Positions 1 through 9,759 of a stretch of 64,000 nt of DNA are shown here, piece by piece. The position numbers were made by a program, and so were the translations under genes. The DNA is from Oculatellaceae cyanobacterium bins.114 (GTDB lineage: Bacteria > Cyanobacteriota > Cyanobacteriia > Elainellales > Elainellaceae), in NCBI GenBank assembly GCA_033764315.1, contig JANRJA010000160.1, forward strand, positions 1 to 64,000, given 5' to 3'. Position 1 is the stretch's first letter, and the number at the start of each line of letters is the position of its first letter. A model generated the notes under the pieces. That model did no database searches, was not told where the DNA came from, and saw nothing but the letters and a program-made list of their open reading frames with translations.

Positions 1-148
1 GGATTTTGGCGGTTGAAACCGCAACTACAGGAGCAAAACCGACCTGCGTCGGTTCACTCAACCCTTGATTTTCTGTAGTTCGCGAAGGCGAACTTCGCTC
101 TGATAGCCGCGAATTTATTCGCTAGGCTCTTAAACCGAACTGACGTTA
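1..148. mobile_element. Miniature repeat element (MITE-like), truncated by window start; internal hairpin cassette
   Basis: Ends in ...TAAACCGAACTGACGTTA; both ends match the reverse complement of 6184-6343. Internal hairpins GCGGTTGAAACCGC, AACCGAC-ctgc-GTCGGTT and AGTTCGC-gaag-GCGAACT are shared with 51039-51188. Confidence 0.7.
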
Positions 149-251
149 GGTATTGCTTGATTCTCCCTGCCCGCTTGAAGAAGGGAACCTAAGCACAAGG
201 CTGAAGCCCTGCTTTTGCAACGGGATTTAGGGAGATTGCTCTCTTCGTTGA

Positions 252-321
252 TACAGCGAATTAGGGCTAAGTGAGGTACACTAGCTGCCTTGGAATAAGG
301 GGCTTAAGCCCTTTGACTGTA
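252..321. repeat. Short dispersed repeat element (TACAGC...CTGTA ends, GGGGCTTAAGCCC core)
   Basis: About 266-312 is an inverted, imperfect copy of about 50991-51038 (TGAGGTACA...CCTTGGAA..GGGCTTAAGCCC). Confidence 0.6.
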
Positions 322-381
322 TCCCGTAGAGATGAAAACTGCTGTAAATCAGCTCTGAGCGTTTCCCTTGTTCTTTCTCCC

Positions 382-1305
382 ATGACCTCTGCACCCAAAC
401 CAACCCCGTGGCAAGTCGGACTGATTCTCACCGTTGGAATTGTCTCTGTCTCGACAGCTGCTGTCTTTATTCGGTTAGCGTTAGCTGCCGCAGATGTGCG
501 TGGCGTCGGTTTTAGCCTCGTCTTAGCGGCATTACGGCTGACAATAGCAGCACTCTTGCTCATTCCAGCATGGCGCAATTTTCGCAACCAGACTTTTCAA
601 CGGAGTGCGTTGTTTTATGCTTTAGCGGCAGGTGTTTGTCTGGCACTTCATTTTGCCACCTGGATCACGTCTCTGTCGTTCACATCGATCGCTGCTTCTA
701 CAACCCTGGTGACGACTAATCCAATTTGGGTGGCTCTCTTGTCGTGGCTATGGTTTAAGGAAAAACCAACTGCTCTGACGATCGCAGGGATTGGTATTAC
801 TTTGACAGGAGGTATTTTGATTGGGCTGGCTAGTACGGGGACAGCGACTGATGGCAGCAATCCGATGTTGGGTAATGGTTTAGCCTTGGTTGGCTCATGG
901 GCCGTGAGTTTGTATTTTTTGTTGGGGCGTGAGGCACAGCAGCGGGGGTTGGGAATTGGGAGCCATGTTGTGTTGACCTATAGCACCGCTGCTCTTGTCT
1001 TGTTACCGCTGCCTCTGCTATTTGGCTCCAGCTATGAGGGTTATTCAGCCGAGGTGTATCTTTACATTTTTTTGATGGCACTGTTTCCGCAGGTGATTGG
1101 TCATACCAGTTTTAACTGGGCAGTGCGTTGGGTTTCACCTACGTTGGTGACGCTGGTGATTTTGGCAGAACCTGTAGGGTCGGGCATTCTAGGCTTTTTG
1201 GTGTTTCGTGAAAATCCTGGGGTGATTGTCTTAATCGGAGCCGTGATTATTTTGACAGGGGTGGCGATCGCCGTTATTGGGGCACGCAAACCTGCTGAAG
1301 TGTGA
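382..1305 (+). CDS. DMT/EamA family transporter
   Basis: About 10 hydrophobic helices; motifs 'ALHFATWITSL', 'GHTSFNWA', 'EPVGS'. ATG 382 preferred over GTG 271, which lies inside a repeat. Confidence 0.9.
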   Translation: MTSAPKPTPWQVGLILTVGIVSVSTAAVFIRLALAAADVRGVGFSLVLAALRLTIAALLLIPAWRNFRNQTFQRSALFYALAAGVCLALHFATWITSLSFTSIAASTTLVTTNPIWVALLSWLWFKEKPTALTIAGIGITLTGGILIGLASTGTATDGSNPMLGNGLALVGSWAVSLYFLLGREAQQRGLGIGSHVVLTYSTAALVLLPLPLLFGSSYEGYSAEVYLYIFLMALFPQVIGHTSFNWAVRWVSPTLVTLVILAEPVGSGILGFLVFRENPGVIVLIGAVIILTGVAIAVIGARKPAEV

Positions 1306-1385
1306 GTGCAGTGAGCCTAAAATAGGAGGCGATTCTTTGCTTTGAGATAACCGCGACCCTCGCGGTAACACCAGAGGCGCACGCG

Positions 1386-2258
1386 ATGAAAAAGCTTCTT
1401 GTCACAGGTGCTAGTGGGTTTTTAGGGTGGAATGTCTGCCAAGCCGCTCAAGCTAATTGGCAGGTATATGGCACCTATGCAACGCATCCGATCACAATGC
1501 CGGGGGTGACGTTGGTGCAAGTGAACTTAACTGACTATCCCGCCTTGCAAAATTTGTTTCAAACTCTACAGCCCGATGCGGTGATGCATCTAGCGGCTCA
1601 GTCTAGCCCCAATGTGTGTCAGACTCAACCTGACGCTGCCTATGCCATTAACGTCACCGCATCGGCAAACCTGGCAGGATTAAGTGCCGATCGCGCTATT
1701 CCCTGTGTGTTTACGTCTAGCGATCTGGTCTTTGATGGGCAACACCCCCCCTATCGAGAAACTGACCCCGTTTGTCCTCTGAGCCGTTATGGAGAGCAAA
1801 AAGCATTAGCAGAGATCGAAATGCGATCGCGCCATCCTGGAGTTGCTATTTGTCGAATGCCTTTGATGTTTGGCTATGCTCCCCATGCGGCTAGTTTTAT
1901 TCAACCCTTTCTCAAAATCTTGCGATCGGGACAACCCCTGAGTTTGTTTGTGGATGAAATTCGCACCCCAGTCAGTGGCAGAGATGCAGCCTATGGCTTG
2001 TTGTTAGCTCTGCAACAGGTACAGGGTTGTCTTCATCTAGGTGGACGCGATCGCCTCTCTCGCTATGAGTTTGGGCGTCATATGGTCGAGGTGTTGGAAC
2101 TTTCAGCGGCAAATATCAGTGCCTGTCGGCAAGCCGATGTGTCCATGCCTGCCCCTCGACCGCCTGACGTGTCTCTTGACAGTTCAAAAGCCTTTCAGTT
2201 GGGCTATCACCCAGGCTTAGTGCGGGATGAGTTGGCTGTTTTGCGAGAACTCCTCTAA
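1386..2258 (+). CDS. RmlD-like NAD(P)-dependent oxidoreductase (extended SDR)
   Basis: GASGFLG Rossmann motif, SSDLVFDG, YGEQK (YxxxK), DEIRTP, PRPPDVSLDSSKA. Confidence 0.85.
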   Translation: MKKLLVTGASGFLGWNVCQAAQANWQVYGTYATHPITMPGVTLVQVNLTDYPALQNLFQTLQPDAVMHLAAQSSPNVCQTQPDAAYAINVTASANLAGLSADRAIPCVFTSSDLVFDGQHPPYRETDPVCPLSRYGEQKALAEIEMRSRHPGVAICRMPLMFGYAPHAASFIQPFLKILRSGQPLSLFVDEIRTPVSGRDAAYGLLLALQQVQGCLHLGGRDRLSRYEFGRHMVEVLELSAANISACRQADVSMPAPRPPDVSLDSSKAFQLGYHPGLVRDELAVLRELL

Positions 2259-2421
2259 ATTCAATCTTTATACTGAGTCCTGTTATTCCTAGAATAGGGT
2301 TTGGAAATAAAGCCAGGGGTTTTTTGCCACCCTTACTGAAGACTTGATGAGGGATGTAAATTTTTCAACATGGGACATCTCCCGTTCGGGATACGATAGA
2401 AACAGTTAAATGGATTGAGCT

Positions 2422-2814
2422 ATGGTTGAACGTCCTATCAAGAAATCTGAGCGGCAAGCGATCGCCCAATCGACCGAAGAGGGCGGCGAAGCTCAAGGAA
2501 CTGAACTGCCCCCTCAGCGTGACACCCCGAAACCTGTTCGGGCAAAAGACAAACCCCCCGGTAAGTCAGACGATCACAAATCAAAAGGTAAAGGCAAAGG
2601 AAAAAGAGGGTCACGGGAAGAAGACCAACCCAAAGCACCCGGCAGTCTCGCAACTATGCGGGGCCCCCGACCCGTTAAGGCACCGCCGGAAGAGCCGGAA
2701 CCAGAAGTGACAGAAGCACCCTTGACATCTGAGGAAGACACCGAAATCTCGGCAGAAGAAGCCTCAAGTGAGCCAACAGCTGAGACAGCTGAAACTACCA
2801 GCGGCGCAGGGTAA
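2422..2814 (+). CDS. Hypothetical low-complexity charged protein (cyanobacterial type)
   Basis: ATG ORF starting MVERPIKKSER; Lys-rich middle, RGPRP motif, acidic tail. Confidence 0.7.
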   Translation: MVERPIKKSERQAIAQSTEEGGEAQGTELPPQRDTPKPVRAKDKPPGKSDDHKSKGKGKGKRGSREEDQPKAPGSLATMRGPRPVKAPPEEPEPEVTEAPLTSEEDTEISAEEASSEPTAETAETTSGAG

Positions 2815-2930
2815 ACGGAGATCAGTGCTGATGTTGAGTAGGAGGTTGAGATCAGGCATCTCATCTCCTCTTATTTCATGCTCTACTCCCCCTTCCATTT
2901 ACAGATTGCCGCCAAATATTGCATTTAGAC

Positions 2931-3590
2931 TCAAGGCTCAACAATAACTGTTGTGCCCATTTCGACTCGCTCAAATAACGCTATAACATCGGCGTTTCGC
3001 ATGCGGACGCAACCGTTAGAGGCCGCTTGACCAATCGATGATAGGGTAGGTGTGCCATGAAACCCAATAATACCGTTGGGTCTGCGAGCAAAGCCAATCC
3101 AGCGTAACCCCAGAGCACTATTAGGGCCGGGAGGAGTAACCTCACCTGTCCAAGGGCTTTGCCAACGAGGGTTTTCGATCAGTTGAAAGACTTGAAACTG
3201 ACCTGTCGGGGTGGGCGTATCTGATCGCCCGATCGCCACAGGATAACTGGCTAAAACGCGATCGCCCTGATACAGATAGACTCGGCGTTGCCCTAGTTTT
3301 AACACGACATGTGGATTGAGTTCTTCAATGGTTGGCAGATAGTGAGTAGGTGCAGCCAGAGGAGGTAAATCGGGAATGCGCACCTCAACATAAGAGAACG
3401 AAAATGAGTGTTGTATGGGAGAACCTGGCGTGAGGCTATCTGCCCTGACTGGAGCCGAACTCAAAACTGAGTGGATAATCCCAACGGCTAGAGCGGTGCG
3501 AAGCAATTCTCCCATTGGGGCGATCGCCATCTTGTTAAAGAGCGAGGTAATGGATTTAGACCCGTTCAACCGTTGCATGGAAGGCTTCAC
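2931..3590 (-). CDS. L,D-transpeptidase (YkuD/ErfK family)
   Basis: YPVAIG, TPTG, LGLRWIGF and catalytic FHGT...SNGCVRM. Start codon uncertain. Confidence 0.9.
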   Translation of the reverse strand: MKPSMQRLNGSKSITSLFNKMAIAPMGELLRTALAVGIIHSVLSSAPVRADSLTPGSPIQHSFSFSYVEVRIPDLPPLAAPTHYLPTIEELNPHVVLKLGQRRVYLYQGDRVLASYPVAIGRSDTPTPTGQFQVFQLIENPRWQSPWTGEVTPPGPNSALGLRWIGFARRPNGIIGFHGTPTLSSIGQAASNGCVRMRNADVIALFERVEMGTTVIVEP

Positions 3591-3867
3591 CGTAAAATCT
3601 ACTCTACAGAGAATTCACAAATACTCTACAGACTGAATGCTTGCCCCATTCTGTCGCAGATTGCACTCAATGGCTACCCTGTCACGAAACGTCTGCCAAC
3701 CTTTAAATCCCAGACGTCCAATAAATAGCGTTGCTAAAGGCAAGCGTGATTCATAGACGTTGATGATGACAGCAAAAACGTTTCGCGAAATACTCCGACG
3801 AAATTTGTATAGTCGAGCAGCAACGCCAATGAAATTAATAGCCCCATGTTGAGTTAAGTGGATAGAT

Positions 3868-5436
3868 TTATTTGGTTGCCTCAGGGCGTTTGCCAGCATT
3901 CCGCACGTTGATAATCTTACCCAACAAGTCAAACCAGAACGATGCTCCCATTGAAATCGCAATACCGCTGACTGTCCATCCTAAAAGCCCCTTTAAAATC
4001 TCCCATACAGACGGAGAATTGCCCTGAAATTGTTGCCGAGTATTCTCTCTACTCCAACCAATAGGTAGTGGAAGCGAATTGCTCACTTCATTACGAATGC
4101 ACTCCAAAGGTCTATCTGACTCCCCATTGGAGTTGGGTGGACAATTTGCCACCACAATGTCTGCATTGGCGGCAAGGGCATCTCGCATTGTACCGTCTGT
4201 ACTCAAGCGTTCAACGATATGAAAGGTGTCAGCGTTGACGATCAACGCCAACAAAAAACCAATTAAAAAAGCCACTCCCTTAGCATTTCGTTTATAGACT
4301 CCTGATGCTCGCTCCATTGAGCGATCAAACCAGGTTTGCACCTCAACTTGAAATTGACTTAACTCGGCTTCAACGACCTCAGCTTTCGTTTGAGCTTTTT
4401 GAAGATTCAATTGAGCCCGTCTGGCAAGTGCTGCTAAACTCTCTCGAACTGAAGGGGATAGTTTATGAGATGCTTTTTCAACCTCAGTCTGAATAGCTTG
4501 ATAAGCACCATACATGTGACTAGCAGGATCAGCCTCTTGGATCTCTTTGCGTAATGACAAGTAAGTTTGGCGTTTGTCTTGGGCATCATCCACTAAAAGA
4601 TCTATCGTTTGCACTAAACCGGGCTGTAACCGCCCCATAAATTCGTTGATGTTTTCATCAGTGCCTTCTTTAAATAAAGCTTTTCGGATAGCAAGAAGTT
4701 GGTCAACCAGGTTTTGCACTACAGAATCATTTGAAGTCAACGATTGCACTTTGTTAACGAATGAGGCGTTGACGGACAGGTCTAACTCGTCTTCAATTTG
4801 ATTGACGGCTGAAAATAAAGTTATTTTCTCATCTCTAAATGTTTCACAAATGGTGTTGAGTCTTTCCTCTAGAGTTGTGAAATCGGTTGTTAATGTCTCA
4901 CGAGTCGCGTCATTAACGGGCAAAATGGGATTTTCAAGATAGCTTCTCACCTTAGTATTAATTTCATCACTAACCAATTTTTGTAAATTGAGGGCTACTA
5001 TTTTTTGACTAATTTGAGGTATGTTTAAGCGTTCTAATAAAGTGCTTGCAAAGGTTTCAGCAGGAATGTAAGACGGTTCATTTCCTCTCAAAGTCCTCTG
5101 TTTTCTTAATCCAAACAGAGTCACGATCGCTCGTGATATTTGTCTGATTGTGGCTTCAATTCCTTCACGAGATTCCTGGCTAATATTTCTGACCAAAGGA
5201 TTGCCATAAATATCATTCACGATATCTTTAGCCTTCCTGCGATTTTCTGAATTTTCTTCTCTGTTTTCTGGGTTGTCTCCTCCCGCTAATAGGATCTCAA
5301 TGGATTTTTTTAAGTGAGCCGCTCGCCATTGCAAAAGGGTTGTTAGCAATTCCTGAAGTTCTGATGCTAGAAGACTAATAATTAGATAAATAAAGACCAA
5401 GCCAATTGCGACATCTAGAATAAAAGGTAAATTCAC
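3868..5436 (-). CDS. Hypothetical membrane protein (N-terminal TM, coiled-coil middle, C-terminal TMs)
   Basis: 522-aa ORF; conserved-looking motifs PSYIP, WFDRSMERASGVYKRNAK, LPIGW, GASFWFDLL. Confidence 0.85.
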   Translation of the reverse strand: MNLPFILDVAIGLVFIYLIISLLASELQELLTTLLQWRAAHLKKSIEILLAGGDNPENREENSENRRKAKDIVNDIYGNPLVRNISQESREGIEATIRQISRAIVTLFGLRKQRTLRGNEPSYIPAETFASTLLERLNIPQISQKIVALNLQKLVSDEINTKVRSYLENPILPVNDATRETLTTDFTTLEERLNTICETFRDEKITLFSAVNQIEDELDLSVNASFVNKVQSLTSNDSVVQNLVDQLLAIRKALFKEGTDENINEFMGRLQPGLVQTIDLLVDDAQDKRQTYLSLRKEIQEADPASHMYGAYQAIQTEVEKASHKLSPSVRESLAALARRAQLNLQKAQTKAEVVEAELSQFQVEVQTWFDRSMERASGVYKRNAKGVAFLIGFLLALIVNADTFHIVERLSTDGTMRDALAANADIVVANCPPNSNGESDRPLECIRNEVSNSLPLPIGWSRENTRQQFQGNSPSVWEILKGLLGWTVSGIAISMGASFWFDLLGKIINVRNAGKRPEATK

Positions 5437-6183
5437 TGGATAAGCTCCAAATCGCTACTCTGATAGGTTCAATAGCATGGTATCAAGACTGAGTCGTGAT
5501 CAAGTTTAGAGCAAACTTTATTAATAAGGGTGCTGAGACGACAGCACAACGTTAGATGCATTAGAAGAAACCTTAAGCCAATCTAGAATTTACTTTAACC
5601 ATTACTTTCAATAAACTATAGAAAGGCTTAGGTGCATGAACTGAATAATGTGTAGTTGGTGTAGCGTAACTTTTGTGGATGCGAGTTTTATGCTGCAATT
5701 TAACCTGCGAAATCTTCTATTGAACGGGGGCTGTTGGGTTGAATCTGACTAGACTATTTCTTTCTATAGAAATTCTATTTAAATCGTGAGCAAAGGAGCC
5801 GATGAAGGTTAAAAAAATGATTTGGTGAAAGTAGCGCAAGCGTCTCGCTCGCAGATAAGGTGCCCGTACTACAGAATTGCCGAATCCTTCCCATGGCTTC
5901 CATAAGTTCTTTGTTCCATGTAGGGTGGCATTTCATAAACAGTCTTTTTTACAAATCAAATAGGATTGCTACGTATAGACCTGATCACGAGATGAACTCA
6001 ACTCTTAAAAATCAAACACCGCAGAGAAATTGTTAAAAATAACACAATCATACTTTGATTTGCTACTGAGTAGAAGGTTGTAAGATAGGTGTAGATTGTA
6101 ATGATTTAGGGGCATTTCATACTACAAAGTTTGTATTGATACTGATTGATGCCTGTGTTAATAGGCATACGGTTACTCCTGAT

Positions 6184-6343
6184 TAACATCAGTTCGGTTT
6201 AAGAGCCTAACAAATGAATTTGCGATTAAAGCGAAGTCCGTGGTTTGACGACTCGATGGCTCGACTGAGCATCGCCGAATGTCTGAACTCAGGCCGAAGT
6301 CTGCGGTTTCAACCACTAAAATCCTGATCCCAAATTTGCGTTA
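6184..6343. mobile_element. Miniature repeat element, inverted degenerate copy of the 1-148 element with a replaced middle
   Basis: Starts TAACATCAGTTCGGTTTAAGAGCCT; contains CTGCGGTTTCAACCACTAAAATCC; imperfect terminal inverted repeats with TA at both ends. Confidence 0.65.
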
Positions 6344-6520
6344 ATTCAGCTTAAGGCTATTTCAAGCGCGAAATTGAGAACTATCTCAGCTTGATCTGTC
6401 TTAGGGGTGAGGTGTATTAATTTTATTCGTTAGATTGAGTAGAAATAGGGACTAATTTTATTTGGCTTTCATGCTTGTTAAAGAACTCGTTTTTGTGAGC
6501 ACAAACCTGTCAAGAACCTT

Positions 6521-8683
6521 ATGTACGACGTCTTAAGTACCTCCTTTTTCTCGGAAGCATTTATTCCTCATGGGCACTGTTATCTATGGAAACCAAGCCT
6601 GGTTTGGTTACATCTCGCCTCAGATTCTCTGATTGGTTTGGCTTACTACTCGATTCCACTAACGTTGTCTTATTTTGTGCGCCGACGGCAAGATTTGCCG
6701 TTTAATTGGATATTTTTGTTGTTTGCTGCTTTTATTGTGGCTTGTGGCACCACTCATCTGATGGAGGTTTGGACGCTATGGCACCCAACATATTGGCTCT
6801 CTGGCACAATCAAGGCATTTACGGCGATCGTCTCCCTATTTACAGCCGTTCAACTGATTCCGTTAGTTCCCAAAGCGTTAGCACTCCCTAGCCCAGCCCA
6901 GCTTGAACAAGCAAACCATGAACTCAAGATTTATCAAAATCAACTGGAAGACCTCGTTGCTGCTCGAACAACCGAGTTAGTTTCTGCAAACCAGCAGTTG
7001 CAACAAGAGATCAACGATCGCAAACAGGTTGAACGCGATCGCGAGCAACTCCTAACCCAATTACAAGAAGCTAATGCCCTACTCGATACCTTGTTTAATA
7101 ATGCACCGATTGGAATTGGAGTCTGGGATGAGCAGTTGCGATATATGCGACTTAATCAAGCGTTAGCTGACATCAACGGCCTACCTCAAGACGTTCACAT
7201 TGGGAAGACAGTAGCAGAGTTGTTGCCAGAGGTTAGCCCCAGTGTGTCAGAGTCGTTTCGCTATGTGATTGAAACTGGGGAATCGTTGTTGACTCAAGAA
7301 GCGATGGGTGAAACACCTGCCTTTCCGGGTAAGCTTCGTTCTTGGTTAGTCAGCTACTATCCTATTCAGTTGCCTAATAATGTTACCTGGGTTGGTGCTA
7401 TCTGCGAGGAGATCACAGAACGAAAACGCGCCGAGGTTGAACGAGAGGAATTACTGCTTCGAGAACGGGCCGCCCGAGAAGAAGCAGAAGTCGCAAACCG
7501 CACGAAAGATGAATTTTTGGCGGTGTTATCTCATGAGTTGCGATCGCCCCTAAACCCCATTTTAGGATGGGCACAACTGCTCCGCACTCGCACGTTTGAT
7601 GAAGCCGCAACGGCTCGTGCATTAGAAACGATTGAACGGAATGCCCGTTTGCAAACCCAATTGATCGAAGATTTGCTGGATGTCTCCCGGATTTTGCGGG
7701 GCAAGATGGCACTCAATGTGGAACCTGTGAACTTGGTGCTCCCTATTGAAGCTGCATTAGAGACTGTGCAATTGGCAGCAGAAGCCAAAAATATCTATGT
7801 TGATGTAGAGCTAGATTACACCATCAAACCAGTTGCAGGAGATCCAAATCGATTGCAACAGATTGTCTGGAATCTTCTATCCAATGCCATCAAATTTACA
7901 TCTGAAGGAGGACGGGTAGAAGTGAAGTTGAAGAGTGTTGAGTGCTCGAGGTTGAGTTCTTCATTAGAGGGTTCAACTCAAAATTTAAACCTCAGCACTC
8001 AACACTCTCAAAGCTATGCTCAGATTCAAGTACAAGATACGGGGCAGGGAATCGCTCCAGCCTTTTTACCCTATGTGTTTGATTACTTTCGCCAAGCTGA
8101 TGGCAGTACCACGCGCCAATTTGGTGGATTGGGGTTAGGGTTGGCGATTGTCCGGCATTTAGTAGAACTGCATGGGGGGTCGGTCTATGCTGAAAGCCTC
8201 GGCGAAGGCATGGGAGCCACATTTATCGTCAAACTACCGTTGATGACAAGCTTCATTCCACCTAACCTCAATTCGGAGTCAACCCGCTACACGATTGATC
8301 TACATGATATTGAAGTTTTGGTGGTCGATGATGAAGCTGATATGCGTCATCTGATTACCACGATCTTGCAGGAATATGGGGCCAAAACAGTCGTGGCTGC
8401 ATCGGCGGCTGAGGCGATCGCTCTCATAACCCAATCGAAACCCGATATTTTGCTAAGTGATATTGGTATGCCCGGAGAAGACGGATATATGTTCATTCGT
8501 CAAGTGCGACAACTCCCTTTAGACCAGGGGGGAGCCATCCCTGCGATCGCTCTGACAGCTTATGCTGGCGAAGTGAACCGCCAGAAAGCCCTCTTAGCTG
8601 GATTTCAACTGCACATCCCTAAACCGATCGAACCTATGGAGTTAGTGAGGGCGATCGCTAGTCTAGTGAGTTCTCAGTTATAA
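6521..8683 (+). CDS. Hybrid sensor histidine kinase: ethylene-receptor-type 3-TM domain, PAS, HisKA, HATPase, receiver
   Basis: SDSLIGLAYYSIP and CGTTH (ETR1-type D/Y/I/P/C/H), H-box SHELRSPL, NLLSNAIKFT, DTGQGI, GGLGLGL, receiver VVDD..LSDIGMP..KP. Confidence 0.9.
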   Translation: MYDVLSTSFFSEAFIPHGHCYLWKPSLVWLHLASDSLIGLAYYSIPLTLSYFVRRRQDLPFNWIFLLFAAFIVACGTTHLMEVWTLWHPTYWLSGTIKAFTAIVSLFTAVQLIPLVPKALALPSPAQLEQANHELKIYQNQLEDLVAARTTELVSANQQLQQEINDRKQVERDREQLLTQLQEANALLDTLFNNAPIGIGVWDEQLRYMRLNQALADINGLPQDVHIGKTVAELLPEVSPSVSESFRYVIETGESLLTQEAMGETPAFPGKLRSWLVSYYPIQLPNNVTWVGAICEEITERKRAEVEREELLLRERAAREEAEVANRTKDEFLAVLSHELRSPLNPILGWAQLLRTRTFDEAATARALETIERNARLQTQLIEDLLDVSRILRGKMALNVEPVNLVLPIEAALETVQLAAEAKNIYVDVELDYTIKPVAGDPNRLQQIVWNLLSNAIKFTSEGGRVEVKLKSVECSRLSSSLEGSTQNLNLSTQHSQSYAQIQVQDTGQGIAPAFLPYVFDYFRQADGSTTRQFGGLGLGLAIVRHLVELHGGSVYAESLGEGMGATFIVKLPLMTSFIPPNLNSESTRYTIDLHDIEVLVVDDEADMRHLITTILQEYGAKTVVAASAAEAIALITQSKPDILLSDIGMPGEDGYMFIRQVRQLPLDQGGAIPAIALTAYAGEVNRQKALLAGFQLHIPKPIEPMELVRAIASLVSSQL

Positions 8684-8757
8684 CGGGACTGGCGCGAATC
8701 GAACGCGCGACCTACCGCTTAGGAGGCGGTCGCTCTATCCTACTGAGCTACAGCCCC
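8684..8757 (-). tRNA. trnR: tRNA-Arg (anticodon CCT)
   Basis: Reverse complement GGGGCTGTAGCTCAGTAGGATAGAGCGACCGCCT-CCT-AAGCGGTAGGTCGCGCGTTCGATTCGCGCCAGTCCCG folds as a cloverleaf; CCA not encoded. Confidence 0.95.
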
Positions 8758-8810
8758 AAACGAGCTATAGCCATAATAGCAAGAGAGCCAGAAGAGTTTT
8801 CAGCTTAATC

Positions 8811-9626
8811 TCAGACTGATACAGAGCTTATCAGTGGGGTTCTGTAAGCATTCAATTTGACGTTGAGTTCAGCTAAGAGTTGATTTGCCAAGGGTTCCAG
8901 CGATCGCTCTTGAATCGGTTCAACCACACGCCCTTGATAGGGTGGGCGCAAAACCGATTGTCCGACTGGGATAGCAACGGGTTCACGGTGTCCCCCTGCA
9001 ATTTCTGCTTTGAGGAACCCTGAAGCAGATCTGTTTGCTAGTTCCTTGGTGAACCAGGCAACGTCGCTGTGTTCAGGTGAACTGGCTTGATTGCCTGCAA
9101 TCGTGTCGTTGTCAAACGAGATGAGGGCTGTCAGGTTAAATAATTGGCTCTCTTGGATGAGAGTTTGAATGGCTTTACGGGTAGGGGTTGCCCCAAGTTT
9201 ATAGTGATCGAGGAGTTGTGCCAGAGCCGGAATGGGCATGGCATCCGCTGTGTCAGAAATGTCGGGAGCCATTAATAAACTGGGTTGATTGAACAATGCA
9301 CCCAACGCCTCTAACAACACAATATATTTGCAACCCAAACTATGACCTACCCAAAAGTGGGGTATGGTAGCGGGATAGTTTAGCTCTGCTCGAATGCGAT
9401 CGCGTTCTGCTAATAAACCTTCAGCGATCGTGGAATGATTGAAACCGAGCCGAAAGGGGACAGCAATCACCGTATATCGGGCTTGATACAAACAGCTGAG
9501 AAAATGCGAGTAAGTCAGATGGGGAAACGTCCCATACAACGCTCCTCCCAAGAACTCAATCACACCAATAGGATCAGGATGTTTAGCCACCCAACTGTGG
9601 GAAATGGGTCGAAAAATGGGAGTCAT
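8811..9626 (-). CDS. DUF1350-type alpha/beta hydrolase
   Basis: PIGVIEFLGGA, nucleophile elbow GHSLGCK, FDND, GGHREP. Confidence 0.8.
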   Translation of the reverse strand: MTPIFRPISHSWVAKHPDPIGVIEFLGGALYGTFPHLTYSHFLSCLYQARYTVIAVPFRLGFNHSTIAEGLLAERDRIRAELNYPATIPHFWVGHSLGCKYIVLLEALGALFNQPSLLMAPDISDTADAMPIPALAQLLDHYKLGATPTRKAIQTLIQESQLFNLTALISFDNDTIAGNQASSPEHSDVAWFTKELANRSASGFLKAEIAGGHREPVAIPVGQSVLRPPYQGRVVEPIQERSLEPLANQLLAELNVKLNAYRTPLISSVSV

Positions 9627-9690
9627 GGAAAATTCTGATTCGTGAATAGTAGTCCATCGATCGAAGGCAACTGGATAGAAAACGCGACAA

Positions 9691-9724
9691 ATCCTGGTAC
9701 GGGCTTGGCATTGCCAAGCCCCTC
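9691..9724. repeat. Short palindromic dispersed repeat
   Basis: GGGCTTGGCATTGCCAAGCCC; related copy GGGTTTGGCAATGCCAAACCC near 36646-36666. Confidence 0.65.
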
Positions 9725-9759
9725 TGAACTTCGATCTGCCTTAAATCGTTATTACAAAA

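Noticed and set aside
271..381. 37-aa N-terminal extension of the DMT transporter
   Set aside because: The GTG lies in a repeat element; the family-like sequence begins at ATG 382.
3615..3962. 115-aa minus-strand ORF
   Set aside because: Overlaps the 522-aa gene out of frame and the transpeptidase promoter; no motif.
3868..8757. Genomic island integrated at the tRNA-Arg 3' end
   Set aside because: No integrase, and I found no duplicated tRNA 3' fragment; the kinase gene carries normal HIP1 sites.
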